A stretch of DNA of 64,000 bases from a virus, in IMG/VR virus record IMGVR_UViG_3300012953_000013, positions 64,001 through 128,000 of that record; one strand, given 5' to 3'. Below, in pieces: positions 27,469 through 36,507 of this stretch. The position numbers were made by a program, and so were the translations under genes. The stretch's first letter is position 1. Each line of letters begins with the position of its first letter. Below the pieces are notes generated by a model. That model saw only the letters and a list, made by a program, of their open reading frames with translations. It was not told the origin of the DNA and did not search any database.

Positions 27469-28658
27469 TAATCTACCTCTTTGTTATGAGATGGACAAAT
27501 CTTATAAAGCTCTTCAGCGTCGTAAGAAGATGTCTGCCTCTTTGTGAATCTGGTTAATTGTCGCTCTGAAAGTGCATCACATTCATAAAGCGTTTCGCTA
27601 AACATAAGTTGTTGTGGAGGAGTTTTTTGCGTAAATGCTGACGGGCCTCGAAGAGCACCAACAATCCCCATTTCTCTAGCGGTCTTGAGATAACGAACTG
27701 CATCAATAACAACTCCGCCAGAGTTTGGAGAATCAATTACAGAGAGTCGAGCATCAAAAGTTACCGGAGCGCCAAGAAACCCTTCCATCTCTACTCTAAA
27801 ATTAGCAACCTTGTTATCTCCATAATAGCGAATGTATTCTGAAGGTCCCGCATGGAGAAATGACTCATCTGGGTCGACTCCCCGAATTACATGTTGAGAG
27901 CGAATAACGTTTTCCTTAGATACCTTTTTATACTTGAGGCGCGATTGATCGACCATGTTCAAGAAATCAGTGTTTCCGCCAACATTTCTCTGAATATGAG
28001 CTTTAACATTTAAGCCGCGAGCAAAGGCCAGTTCTTGTAGCATTTGAGAAAGAATAGAAGCTCCAAACTGTGATTTCATATCATCACCAATTAATGGAAT
28101 TCCAGCATCGATAAACTTTTGTTCCCACTCTGGATTAGAAGCAATAAATACGGGAATGCAGTTTAGTAGAGAAACACCAGCATCTAGACAAGCTTGGGCG
28201 TAATACTCTGTAGCTTTCTGAGACCCAACTGGAAGATAATTGATTAGAATATCAACCTTGCGATCTTCTAGTATCTGAACCACATCTACGGGCTCTTCAT
28301 TTGAAACTCTGAAGGCTTCATCATCTGGATAATCACTCATCAAGCTTGGTACCCCATCAAGCACTGGACCCATTTGAACTATTGGACCATCAGGTACATT
28401 CGCTTCGTATTCTGGAGTACAGTTTGGCTTAGCCCACATTGCTTCCCTAAAACACTTACCGACTTTTCGCTTATCTACGTCAAATGCAGCCACAACCTCA
28501 ATATTCGCAACTGAGTATCCGCCAATTCGAGACTTCATTACTCCGTCTCTTTCTTGGCCGGCTGTATATCCAGCATAGTATGTTAAACCTTGATAAAGCG
28601 AATTTGCGCAGTTTCCGACGCCTACAATTGCTACTCTAATATTTTGCTTTTTACTCAT
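27468..28658 (-). CDS. ino1: Inositol-3-phosphate synthase (MIPS)
   Basis: VAIVGVGNCA, FDVD..KVG, NYLPVGS, NCIPVFIAS, GDDMKSQFGA, GGNTDFLNM, SK..SK, DSPNSGGVVIDAVR. Confidence 0.93.
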   Translation of the reverse strand: MSKKQNIRVAIVGVGNCANSLYQGLTYYAGYTAGQERDGVMKSRIGGYSVANIEVVAAFDVDKRKVGKCFREAMWAKPNCTPEYEANVPDGPIVQMGPVLDGVPSLMSDYPDDEAFRVSNEEPVDVVQILEDRKVDILINYLPVGSQKATEYYAQACLDAGVSLLNCIPVFIASNPEWEQKFIDAGIPLIGDDMKSQFGASILSQMLQELAFARGLNVKAHIQRNVGGNTDFLNMVDQSRLKYKKVSKENVIRSQHVIRGVDPDESFLHAGPSEYIRYYGDNKVANFRVEMEGFLGAPVTFDARLSVIDSPNSGGVVIDAVRYLKTAREMGIVGALRGPSAFTQKTPPQQLMFSETLYECDALSERQLTRFTKRQTSSYDAEELYKICPSHNKEVD

Positions 28659-28681
28659 TAATTCTTTCTCCTAATTTAGAA

Positions 28682-29746
28682 TTATTCTTTATTATGTCGC
28701 GGGTTGGGTTGATTGTTAAATAAATCCCAGTAATAAGACATCGGACTCAAATGAACACTTTTTGGGCGTTCCATATATTCAAAATCAAGCTCCCCCGATT
28801 CATTCAAAAATCCCGGTGGCCACTCAAAAGTTTGCCACTTATTCTCTATTGATATTTTATCAACAGCAGCATTAAATGTATTGACTAACTTTGTTCTTTC
28901 TTCCCAAGTTCCAAAATATGGAGTCTTCTTATAATATCCAGTTTTAGGGAGCTTTCTAGAAATATTTTCTATTGGAAGAGCATGAACAATCTCAACGTTT
29001 GGAACTCCAAGAGACTTAAGCTGGTGCCCGAGCTCGATTCCCATCGCGTGGGCTTTCTCAAACGGGTTTTCTTGCCTCATGAGGTGATGGCGAATATCAA
29101 TATTCCCCATATAGAAAGTCAAGTGAGTCAAATCGCTTACTTTCATACCAGATTTTTCTTCAATAATTTCTTTTACACCGTCGCGTATAGTAGAAAAAAG
29201 AGTAAGGCCATCATTTCGGCATACAGAATAACCGGGTTTCCAAGTAGAAAAACAATGGCTATCTCCGAAACAAAGTTTTGTAGTTTCTTCAACATGATTA
29301 AACCCCGGAGTTCTTTTACAAATTTCATCAAGCTTGTTTAAGTCTAGCTGGCCGACATTAGCACTTGTGGATTTATTATGCAATCTTCCCCTGATGGTCG
29401 TTCCAATGAGCGGCATCTCATGATTCATAATGTACGTGGGGCCAGAAAACTCTTGAATTCTCTTGAATCTACGAACTACGTTATCGTCGACGCCAAAGAA
29501 AAAGTTAATTGTGCCAGCATAAGCAATCCCGGGATAAAAAATCATGGCATCATACCCTTCATAGGTATCATGGTTTCCAAGAATAGTTACGTCTGTCCAG
29601 CCTGATGAATGGAGCATATTTTTATAAAGCCATACCCAAGCTGCATTGTGGCTATGCTTTCGGGTTGGAATATTTCGCTCTAGTCCATCAATTCCGATCT
29701 TAGCATCTTTTGGAAGATCTGATGCGACTTCTAAAAATGTTTTCAC
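28682..29746 (-). CDS. Uncharacterised phage protein: beta-glucosyltransferase-like N-domain plus SGNH-like C-domain (tentative)
   Basis: GTG 29746 after CAGGAG RBS; N-part KIGI..YDAMIF..TINFFFG; C-part GDSH, GNID, SVH. Confidence 0.5.
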   Translation of the reverse strand: MKTFLEVASDLPKDAKIGIDGLERNIPTRKHSHNAAWVWLYKNMLHSSGWTDVTILGNHDTYEGYDAMIFYPGIAYAGTINFFFGVDDNVVRRFKRIQEFSGPTYIMNHEMPLIGTTIRGRLHNKSTSANVGQLDLNKLDEICKRTPGFNHVEETTKLCFGDSHCFSTWKPGYSVCRNDGLTLFSTIRDGVKEIIEEKSGMKVSDLTHLTFYMGNIDIRHHLMRQENPFEKAHAMGIELGHQLKSLGVPNVEIVHALPIENISRKLPKTGYYKKTPYFGTWEERTKLVNTFNAAVDKISIENKWQTFEWPPGFLNESGELDFEYMERPKSVHLSPMSYYWDLFNNQPNPRHNKE

Positions 29747-29747
29747 A

Positions 29748-30188
29748 TTAAACTCCTGTGCTGCCAAAGCCGCCAGCACCACGGGTTGTAGTTGAATAAA
29801 AAAGCTCTTTATCTGGCACTACTTTTACATCAGGATACTTGACTGGCAACAATAAAAATTGAACAATTTTTTCTCCTCCCTCTAAAGCTACCGGCTCTGT
29901 ACCAGAATTCATGAGGTGCAGATGAATTTCGCCCTGGTAGTCTTCATCAACGACGCAAGCTCCCACTGTTAACTTCTTTTTCAGAGCTACGCCACTCTTG
30001 TTGTGAGCTACAAAAGCGTAGCCTTTAGGGACATTAACTCTGATTCCAGATGGAATACAGACGTCTCCTCCTGGAGGCACGCTTGCTGATAAGCCATCAG
30101 GTACATAAAAGTCTAGACCTGCAGATCCAGGGGTTCCTCGAGTCGGCGTCTTTACTTCTCTAGTTTTTGACATTTTTATGTTTTTCAT
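29748..30188 (-). CDS. dut: Trimeric dUTPase
   Basis: SAGLDF, KSG, VVDEDYQGE, KIVQ, RGAGGFGSTG. Confidence 0.95.
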   Translation of the reverse strand: MKNIKMSKTREVKTPTRGTPGSAGLDFYVPDGLSASVPPGGDVCIPSGIRVNVPKGYAFVAHNKSGVALKKKLTVGACVVDEDYQGEIHLHLMNSGTEPVALEGGEKIVQFLLLPVKYPDVKVVPDKELFYSTTTRGAGGFGSTGV

Positions 30189-30190
30189 TT

Positions 30191-30421
30191 TTACCCCAAC
30201 TTTGATTCTGCGGCTTCTACCATTTCTCCAAGACTGTCGTCTGAAACATCCAGCCTAGACTTAATCTTAGCAATACTAATTGCCGCTTTTACAGCTTTGA
30301 TGTCTAGCTTAGACTTATAATCATCAAATAGCTGCTTCTGCTCTTCTGCAAGAAGCTGCTTTTCCCCATCAATTCTCATAAGCTGTTCTACCAAATCTTT
30401 AATATCGTCTTGTACGCTCAT
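30191..30421 (-). CDS. GapR/DUF2312-like small DNA-binding protein
   Basis: IKDLVEQL.RI..EK..L.EE.KQLF..YK...D.KA.K pattern. Confidence 0.5.
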   Translation of the reverse strand: MSVQDDIKDLVEQLMRIDGEKQLLAEEQKQLFDDYKSKLDIKAVKAAISIAKIKSRLDVSDDSLGEMVEAAESKLG

Positions 30422-30431
30422 TATTTTCTCC

Positions 30432-30614
30432 TTATTGAAACTTTACGTAATCTTTAAGCAAACTGTCAATGCTTTTAATAACTTGTTCACAAAGCACTGA
30501 AGTATGCTTCGTATTCATAACTGAAGTTGAAGAATGCTTCTCTTCAAGCCCATCATAGAATTCAATAACGTGCCTTCGAAGCTTCACCAACTTTTCAATC
30601 TCTTCATTTTTCAT
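30432..30614 (-). CDS. Small hypothetical protein
   Basis: ATG 30614 (MKNEEIEKLVKL) after AGGAG RBS. Confidence 0.55.
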   Translation of the reverse strand: MKNEEIEKLVKLRRHVIEFYDGLEEKHSSTSVMNTKHTSVLCEQVIKSIDSLLKDYVKFQ

Positions 30615-30888
30615 TACTTCTCCTTTTTTCATTGATGTAATTTTGCCATCCCCCAATATAAGCAACAGCGTCTAGTAAATTGTCTTCTTTAAAATTGTAA
30701 GACTGCCTAGAAAACTTGAGAGCAATCATGGCGATAAACATATCGTCCGCGGTCCAGTTTCGACCTGACATCCCACTAGCAATCATTGCAGCGCGCTCAA
30801 AACCTTCGCCCAAGGGACCATATTGACGCTCTTTTTCTTCTGAGCGATTATTGATTATTTCATCTGCTTGTTTTAGAATATTAGCCAT
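30604..30888 (-). CDS. DUF6378-like small helical protein (possible nucleotide pyrophosphohydrolase)
   Basis: A..I...R.....YG......A..........M.ALK..R......DN..D...Y pattern. Confidence 0.6.
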   Translation of the reverse strand: MANILKQADEIINNRSEEKERQYGPLGEGFERAAMIASGMSGRNWTADDMFIAMIALKFSRQSYNFKEDNLLDAVAYIGGWQNYINEKRRSNEK

Positions 30889-31750
30889 TGAAAATAACTC
30901 CCTTTATTTTGTTTACGTGATCAAATATTTCAGATTTTTCCATATCACTAGATGGAAGCTCTGCTGACAAAGATAAAAGCTTTTTATAAGTTAGATCTGG
31001 CTTTAAAACCGTTTTATCAGTTTGGGGATAATGACCACCCAAAACGCTTACATAATAATTGTCTAAAATCTTATCCATCATCTTAAAGTGTCTCTCATAA
31101 ATGTGAAAACTTCCTGCATTATGATAATATGTCCCAAGATGGAGATTCATGCCGTGATCGTTTAAGTGATTAAGCATCAACTGTTGAAAAAGAGCGAATG
31201 TAAAAACATCGTTGCAAAAACCAAAAATGGCATCATTAGATCTCATATAGACGCCCATATCCAAAACACCTTCTCTTATAAAAAACTGAATATATTGAGT
31301 ACATGGATAATCTTTAGAATTTTTTTCTTTATGATATGGCTGGTTAATTGCTATAGTTGCTCTCCTGGTGTCTGGATCGCTTACTAGCTCATTTACAACC
31401 CAATTCCATTGAGAAATATACATTTTGTTCAAAACAGGAAAAATATAAGACCCATAATTTGACTCTGCTTCGCCAAATTGGTCTTGGATATCAGCCCAAA
31501 TAGATGCAAGCTTAGATATGTTGTTTACTTTTTGGTTTGAAGATACGTACCAAAGCCACTCTGCAATAGCATAATTTATGTTAAATTTTCGAGCAGGAAC
31601 AATAATATCTAGCTGTTCAGGGTTCTTAATTTGAAAGGAAACAAATGTTCTTTCTAGCTGTTTAGAGCCCCTAGAATGAACTATATTTCCGGCCATTTTT
31701 AGTTTAGCTAGCTCTTCAACGAAAGCTTCATTTAGATTATAGTACATCAT
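30881..31750 (-). CDS. Thymidylate-synthase-fold dCMP hydroxymethylase-like enzyme
   Basis: AEWLWY, SNYG, RRA, PCT, RSNDAIFGFCND, GSFHIYERH; Asp at the base-specificity position as in T4 gp42; ATG 31750 after AGGTGG. Confidence 0.8.
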   Translation of the reverse strand: MMYYNLNEAFVEELAKLKMAGNIVHSRGSKQLERTFVSFQIKNPEQLDIIVPARKFNINYAIAEWLWYVSSNQKVNNISKLASIWADIQDQFGEAESNYGSYIFPVLNKMYISQWNWVVNELVSDPDTRRATIAINQPYHKEKNSKDYPCTQYIQFFIREGVLDMGVYMRSNDAIFGFCNDVFTFALFQQLMLNHLNDHGMNLHLGTYYHNAGSFHIYERHFKMMDKILDNYYVSVLGGHYPQTDKTVLKPDLTYKKLLSLSAELPSSDMEKSEIFDHVNKIKGVIFNG

Positions 31751-31766
31751 TTTTACCACCTATAGA

Positions 31767-31794
31767 ATCATACTAAAATTTACGTAATTGTTCA
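31767..31794 (-). promoter_or_regulatory. TGAACA-N16-TATGAT promoter heading the modification operon
   Basis: Same spacing as four other DNA-metabolism promoters. Confidence 0.65.
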
Positions 31795-31796
31795 GA

Positions 31797-34700
31797 TTAT
31801 AATTCGATTATTTTGAGCCTGTGCCACTTGGTACTACAGCCAAAATCGTTCTTATCAATTTCCGCGACGCAGAAGCTGTAGGGTTGAATTTCTGCATCTT
31901 TCGGAGTTCCCCAACAAAAGATTTTTGAAATTTTTCCAGTAGAAGCTATGCCGTTTAGAAGAAAGTAAGGCTTTTTGTTTTTCGTTAGCTTTGGCACCGC
32001 AGCAGTTACCATAAACCAATAGTAATCTCTTTCTTCCCAGTCATCTATTGATCTAATATTTTTACGCTCTAGCTTTTTCATAAGCTCTTCTGAAAGTAAC
32101 GCCTCAACATTTACAGAGCCAAGCAGGTTACTCTCAAACTCCATGAGCTCTTTTTGAGACCATTCAGGGATTGGAACTGCTTCTCCAAGAGCCTCATAGA
32201 AATTGGTCATGCCGCGGCGAGGTTCTCTCTTGGTACGCTTACGAAAATCACCATATCCAGAGCTCACTACTTCAAGCATCTGCTTATGGGAATTAAAAGT
32301 TTTGTCTTCACCCACAAGCCCAATAGAGCTAAGTCCCCTAATTTTAATCAGGGACTCAAGCGCTCTCTTATTAAACTTCGAATGTTTCCAAGAGCCATCT
32401 TCATTCCACAAAAGATTCTCAATAGAAGAATAAGGGCGGTTTAACAAAATTTCATCAACAGCTGCAGAGCCTATACCTTTGCAAGATAAGAATGACGGCA
32501 TAAGCTTTTTATCACCAACACTAGTCCAGGTCTTTTCAGCATAGTTAATGTCGATTGGAACAATCTTGAAACCCAGCCCTTTTACTTCACTGACGGCTTT
32601 TGCCAACTTTTTGGGATTTCCTGAAGCAGCTTCGAGATAAGCTTTAATCCACTCTTCTTCATAATAAGTCATTAGCCAAGCGCAGTGATAAGAATTTACA
32701 GCGTAAGATACTGCGTGAGACTTATTAAATCCATAACCTGCAAAGAAGAGAATCTTTTCATAAAGACTTTTAGCAATAGATTCACTGACACCGTTCGAAA
32801 CAGCACCCTTAATGAACTGGTCTCGAAGCTTTTTAGCTTTATCGATATTATCACTTCCAGAGCTAACAGGCTTCATCATTTTTCTCATAGCGTTACATTC
32901 GTCTTTTGGAATGCCGGCTACATGATGGCAAAGGCCCATAACTTGCTCTTGGAAAATAATACATCCATAAGTCTCTTTAAGGACATCTTCAATTAAAGGG
33001 TGCCCATACTCAACCATATCTGGGCGCTTCTTATTTTGAATGTATAGTTTATCAACTTTTGCGCCAAGAGGCCCAGGGCGATAAATAGAAGTTAGAGTAG
33101 CGAGGTCAACTATAGACTCAGGCTTGGCTCTTTTAAAGAGTGCTTGAGCACCTCTTTGAGTACATTGAAAAATGCCAGCCCACCGACCTGCGTGATAAAT
33201 ATTTTGATATACTTTTTGGTCATCAAAATTTATAACGTTTGGAGCAATATTATCATTATACCAACCCGAAACCTCTTCAAAGCCTGGATTTTCATTGCCC
33301 TGCTTTTTAAGAATTTGCTCAATAGTTCTTTCAATTATCCTTAGGGTTTCTAGGCCAAGCAAGTCAAACTTAATCCAGCCAAATTCCTCAAGGTGCTTAT
33401 TTGTCATACCTTCAGTCCAAGGAGTTTGTAGTTCGCCTCTGGCCATAATCAAAGGCATTTGCTGAGGGATGTTTTCTGAAATGATAACACCTCCAGCATG
33501 ACGACCTAGAGCTTTATTTTGCTTAAACAAAACTCCAATTGGTTCAATAACCTCCGGATGCTTTTCAAGATAAGTTCTAAGAGAGTCTGAATACTTGATT
33601 GCCTCTTTGATGCTTATGTCAAAACTATCTTCAGCATCATCATCACTCTTGCGGCCACGACGGACATCTCGCTCAAGCGGAGCAAGGGCCTTGTTTACTT
33701 CTGAAAACTCAATACCATAAAACCTAGATACATCTTTAATCAAACTCTTTAACTTAAATGTGTTATAGTTCGAAATTGGAATAATGTTGTCATTTCCAAA
33801 CTTTTCTCGAAGCAATTCAATCAGTGCATCGCGGTCAGCGACATCATTATCAATATCAGGCGCATCAGAACGATCAATGCTCAAAAATCTTTCAAACAAT
33901 AATCCATATTCGATAGGGTCGATATCTGTAATATTCAAAACATAGTTCACTAATGAACCAGCACCAGAACCACGACCAGGGCCAACAAGCATTTTATCTC
34001 TTGCAATATCGATAATTGCTTTCATTGTCAAGAAATATTCAGCAAAATCCTTTTCTTTGATGATTGTAAGCTCCCACTTAAGCCTCTCAATATACTCTGG
34101 GCGAGTGTGCAAGCCCCTATCTTTTAGACCAGACTTGCAAGCTTCTAGTAGTGCTTTATTAGCGGTTGTGTCTTCTGGAATAACATAAGACGGAAGCTTC
34201 ATCTTTCGATCAGGGTGAATATCACCAATCATTTCGTGAGCAACATCGTGAGTGCGCTCAACAGCATCAAACATTAGCTGATCATCATAAAAATCATGGC
34301 CTTGCTTAACTTCTAGGTAGGTATCCCAAACTTGCTGAGCATTTTTTGGGTATAGCTCGCACTTAAGGTCATCTTTTGACTTTGGCAAACTATCTGGATT
34401 GAACTCTTTATAGTTCAGCCACCCAAGCTTCTTATAAAGTTCGCGCTCTTTCCAGTGATCTGGTGAAGCATAGTGAGAATCGCAAGTAACAATCAGCTGA
34501 TTTTGCATTCCATTACGGTTTGCAGCTTCAATGATTGCTCGATTTACCAAATGCTGCGCAGAAAGCTTATTGAATTGAAGTTCAAGCATAACATTTTCTA
34601 GACCGACAGCGTCGACAAGCTGGTCAATAGTATTGCCTACGCCGGATTGGACAGATTCAAAAATAGATTTATCGTTCAAGAGATCAGGGGTAAGTCTGTC

Positions 34701-35387
34701 AAATTCATACCCTTGGAGACGGCTGAAGGCTTCATATGCTAGAGGTCCGCCAATACACGCGGTGGAGATCATTAAATGGCCACCCTCAGCAGCTTTTTTA
34801 ATCATCTTATAGTCCACTCTAGGAAATCTATAGAATCCGTCCATATAACCTTGGGATACTAACCCAAAGAGTCTGCGAAGCCCTTCAGAAGTCTTTGGAA
34901 GGACAACTAGGTGGTGACGACGTTTGATAGGATCATAAAACTTTGATGATTTTGTTTCTTCTTCATTTTCAACAGTAAGATTAGCGTCTGCGGTGTCTAA
35001 ATTTATTGTCTCATCATCTCCATCTACAATCGCGATAAGCTTTGTTCTAAGATGCTCATGAGAATCAATGATTGCTTTAATTGCAGATTTGTCTCCTTTT
35101 TTTGCAGCCTTTTTAATTTCGTACTGCGCGCGCCAGAGCTCTAAGTCTGGATGTACATACATTTCGCATCCAGGAATAAACTTCATATTTGCGCCAGCTT
35201 TAATCAACTTTTGTGCATGCAAGTAAGCATGAGCAAACCCGTTCATGTGGCCATGGTCTGTAAGAGCCCACCCGTCTAGTCCGTTTTCTAAACAAAAGTT
35301 GATATGCTCTTGTGGATAGCCTAGACCATCAAATGTGCTAAAACCAGAATGCGCATGCAAACCAAAAAATCTTGTTGGGTATTTCAT
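31797..35387 (-). CDS. dnaE: DNA polymerase III alpha subunit (family C)
   Basis: PHP LHAHSGFS..DG, GRGSGAGSLV, PDIDND, RHAGGV, KFDLLGL, YGFNKSHAVSY; start 35387 because track start 35426 lies inside the promoter. Confidence 0.95.
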   Translation of the reverse strand: MKYPTRFFGLHAHSGFSTFDGLGYPQEHINFCLENGLDGWALTDHGHMNGFAHAYLHAQKLIKAGANMKFIPGCEMYVHPDLELWRAQYEIKKAAKKGDKSAIKAIIDSHEHLRTKLIAIVDGDDETINLDTADANLTVENEEETKSSKFYDPIKRRHHLVVLPKTSEGLRRLFGLVSQGYMDGFYRFPRVDYKMIKKAAEGGHLMISTACIGGPLAYEAFSRLQGYEFDRLTPDLLNDKSIFESVQSGVGNTIDQLVDAVGLENVMLELQFNKLSAQHLVNRAIIEAANRNGMQNQLIVTCDSHYASPDHWKERELYKKLGWLNYKEFNPDSLPKSKDDLKCELYPKNAQQVWDTYLEVKQGHDFYDDQLMFDAVERTHDVAHEMIGDIHPDRKMKLPSYVIPEDTTANKALLEACKSGLKDRGLHTRPEYIERLKWELTIIKEKDFAEYFLTMKAIIDIARDKMLVGPGRGSGAGSLVNYVLNITDIDPIEYGLLFERFLSIDRSDAPDIDNDVADRDALIELLREKFGNDNIIPISNYNTFKLKSLIKDVSRFYGIEFSEVNKALAPLERDVRRGRKSDDDAEDSFDISIKEAIKYSDSLRTYLEKHPEVIEPIGVLFKQNKALGRHAGGVIISENIPQQMPLIMARGELQTPWTEGMTNKHLEEFGWIKFDLLGLETLRIIERTIEQILKKQGNENPGFEEVSGWYNDNIAPNVINFDDQKVYQNIYHAGRWAGIFQCTQRGAQALFKRAKPESIVDLATLTSIYRPGPLGAKVDKLYIQNKKRPDMVEYGHPLIEDVLKETYGCIIFQEQVMGLCHHVAGIPKDECNAMRKMMKPVSSGSDNIDKAKKLRDQFIKGAVSNGVSESIAKSLYEKILFFAGYGFNKSHAVSYAVNSYHCAWLMTYYEEEWIKAYLEAASGNPKKLAKAVSEVKGLGFKIVPIDINYAEKTWTSVGDKKLMPSFLSCKGIGSAAVDEILLNRPYSSIENLLWNEDGSWKHSKFNKRALESLIKIRGLSSIGLVGEDKTFNSHKQMLEVVSSGYGDFRKRTKREPRRGMTNFYEALGEAVPIPEWSQKELMEFESNLLGSVNVEALLSEELMKKLERKNIRSIDDWEERDYYWFMVTAAVPKLTKNKKPYFLLNGIASTGKISKIFCWGTPKDAEIQPYSFCVAEIDKNDFGCSTKWHRLKIIEL

Positions 35388-35414
35388 ATGTCTCTCTTGA
35401 TAATGTATAGTTCT

Positions 35415-35442
35415 ATTATAACACACTGAGACGTATTTTTCA
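35415..35442 (-). promoter_or_regulatory. TGAAAA-N16-TATAAT promoter of dnaE
   Basis: Consensus -10 at 35415-35420, element at 35437-35442. Confidence 0.7.
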
Positions 35443-35539
35443 CGATTACTCCCGAATTAATTTGCTTTTTATGGAGATTAATGTATTTCTCAAGCTATGT
35501 TACCTCTTCACCAAATAGATTATATTTAAAGTATAGGGA

Positions 35540-36277
35540 ATGAACATGGGAAAAATAGAAAATTTATTTGCATTTGATTTTGATGATACTCTAGCTGTAA
35601 CCCCGAGCGTTATTGGGGTGCAAAGAGTTAACGAGTACGGAAAATCAGATCCAGAATTTAGAAATTGGATTATTGACAACAATCTAGATATTCTAGACAT
35701 TGATAGAGAAGATACAGAATCTGAAGTTATTTGGTTCTCTTCTGGAGATTTTGCAAAATACGAAAAAGCGCATCATTCAGACTTGGAGTACTTGGATTCT
35801 AATAAACTCAAAGACCTTTATGATTTTACTAAAACAGCGTCTGTAGACGTGCAAGGTTCTTCTCCAATCACTCCAGTCTTAGATATTTTAAAACAGGCTA
35901 GCTCTAGGGCAGACTCCATGGTTGTTATTATAACTGCGAGAAGTGGAAATGAACCAATGTCTGGTCTTGGTGGGAACAATGTTCAACCGACTAACCAAGA
36001 AGACATCCAGGATTTTCTTGATTTACAGGGAATCTCTCTAGACTTTGGAAATATAACGACTGCAGGAGACATTGGGCAAGGCCCTCAAGCAAAAGTTAAA
36101 GCTATGCAGTCTTATATCGACACTTACAACCCAAAAACAATATATTTTTATGATGATAATATGGGAAATGTAAATGCTATAGCTGGAATGTGCGCAGATT
36201 ATTTTCCTGGAATTAATATAAAAACATTTACTGTTGGTGAAGGCGGACAGGTTTCATTTCACGGCGAGTGCAGTTAA
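35540..36277 (+). CDS. HAD-family phosphatase (PNKP/RNA-repair-like)
   Basis: FDFDDTL, ITAR, K, FYDDN; ATATTTA at 35522-35528 upstream. Confidence 0.75.
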   Translation: MNMGKIENLFAFDFDDTLAVTPSVIGVQRVNEYGKSDPEFRNWIIDNNLDILDIDREDTESEVIWFSSGDFAKYEKAHHSDLEYLDSNKLKDLYDFTKTASVDVQGSSPITPVLDILKQASSRADSMVVIITARSGNEPMSGLGGNNVQPTNQEDIQDFLDLQGISLDFGNITTAGDIGQGPQAKVKAMQSYIDTYNPKTIYFYDDNMGNVNAIAGMCADYFPGINIKTFTVGEGGQVSFHGECS

Positions 36278-36507
36278 ACAAATTCGATTTTTCGCCCAGG
36301 AACATCGTAAAATATATCATTACCAACTAAAATTTCGCACAAAGTTCCCACTTCTTCACAGTATTGAGCTTTAAGCAACAAGCCAATTTCACCAGCATTT
36401 ATTACAGAAGTCGGCCAAAGAGGCATCTGCCTGTGTTCTCCATTTTGCGGAATCTCCAATATAGCTTCACAATTATCTATGAAGTATACTAATTTACCAG
36501 AATTCAA
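36274..36507 (-). CDS. Small hypothetical protein
   Basis: 77 aa, overlaps upstream stop. Confidence 0.5.
   Translation of the reverse strand: MNSGKLVYFIDNCEAILEIPQNGEHRQMPLWPTSVINAGEIGLLLKAQYCEEVGTLCEILVGNDIFYDVPGRKIEFV

Noticed and set aside
30881-31750. Calling this gene thyA
   Set aside because: Asp at the specificity site, gp42-like motifs and a separate ThyX
35388-35426. Track's longer starts for dnaE (35426), 5691..6503, 28682..29782 and gp32 (52756)
   Set aside because: Extensions run into promoters or neighbouring genes; downstream starts have better RBS context or fit and coincide with where homology begins
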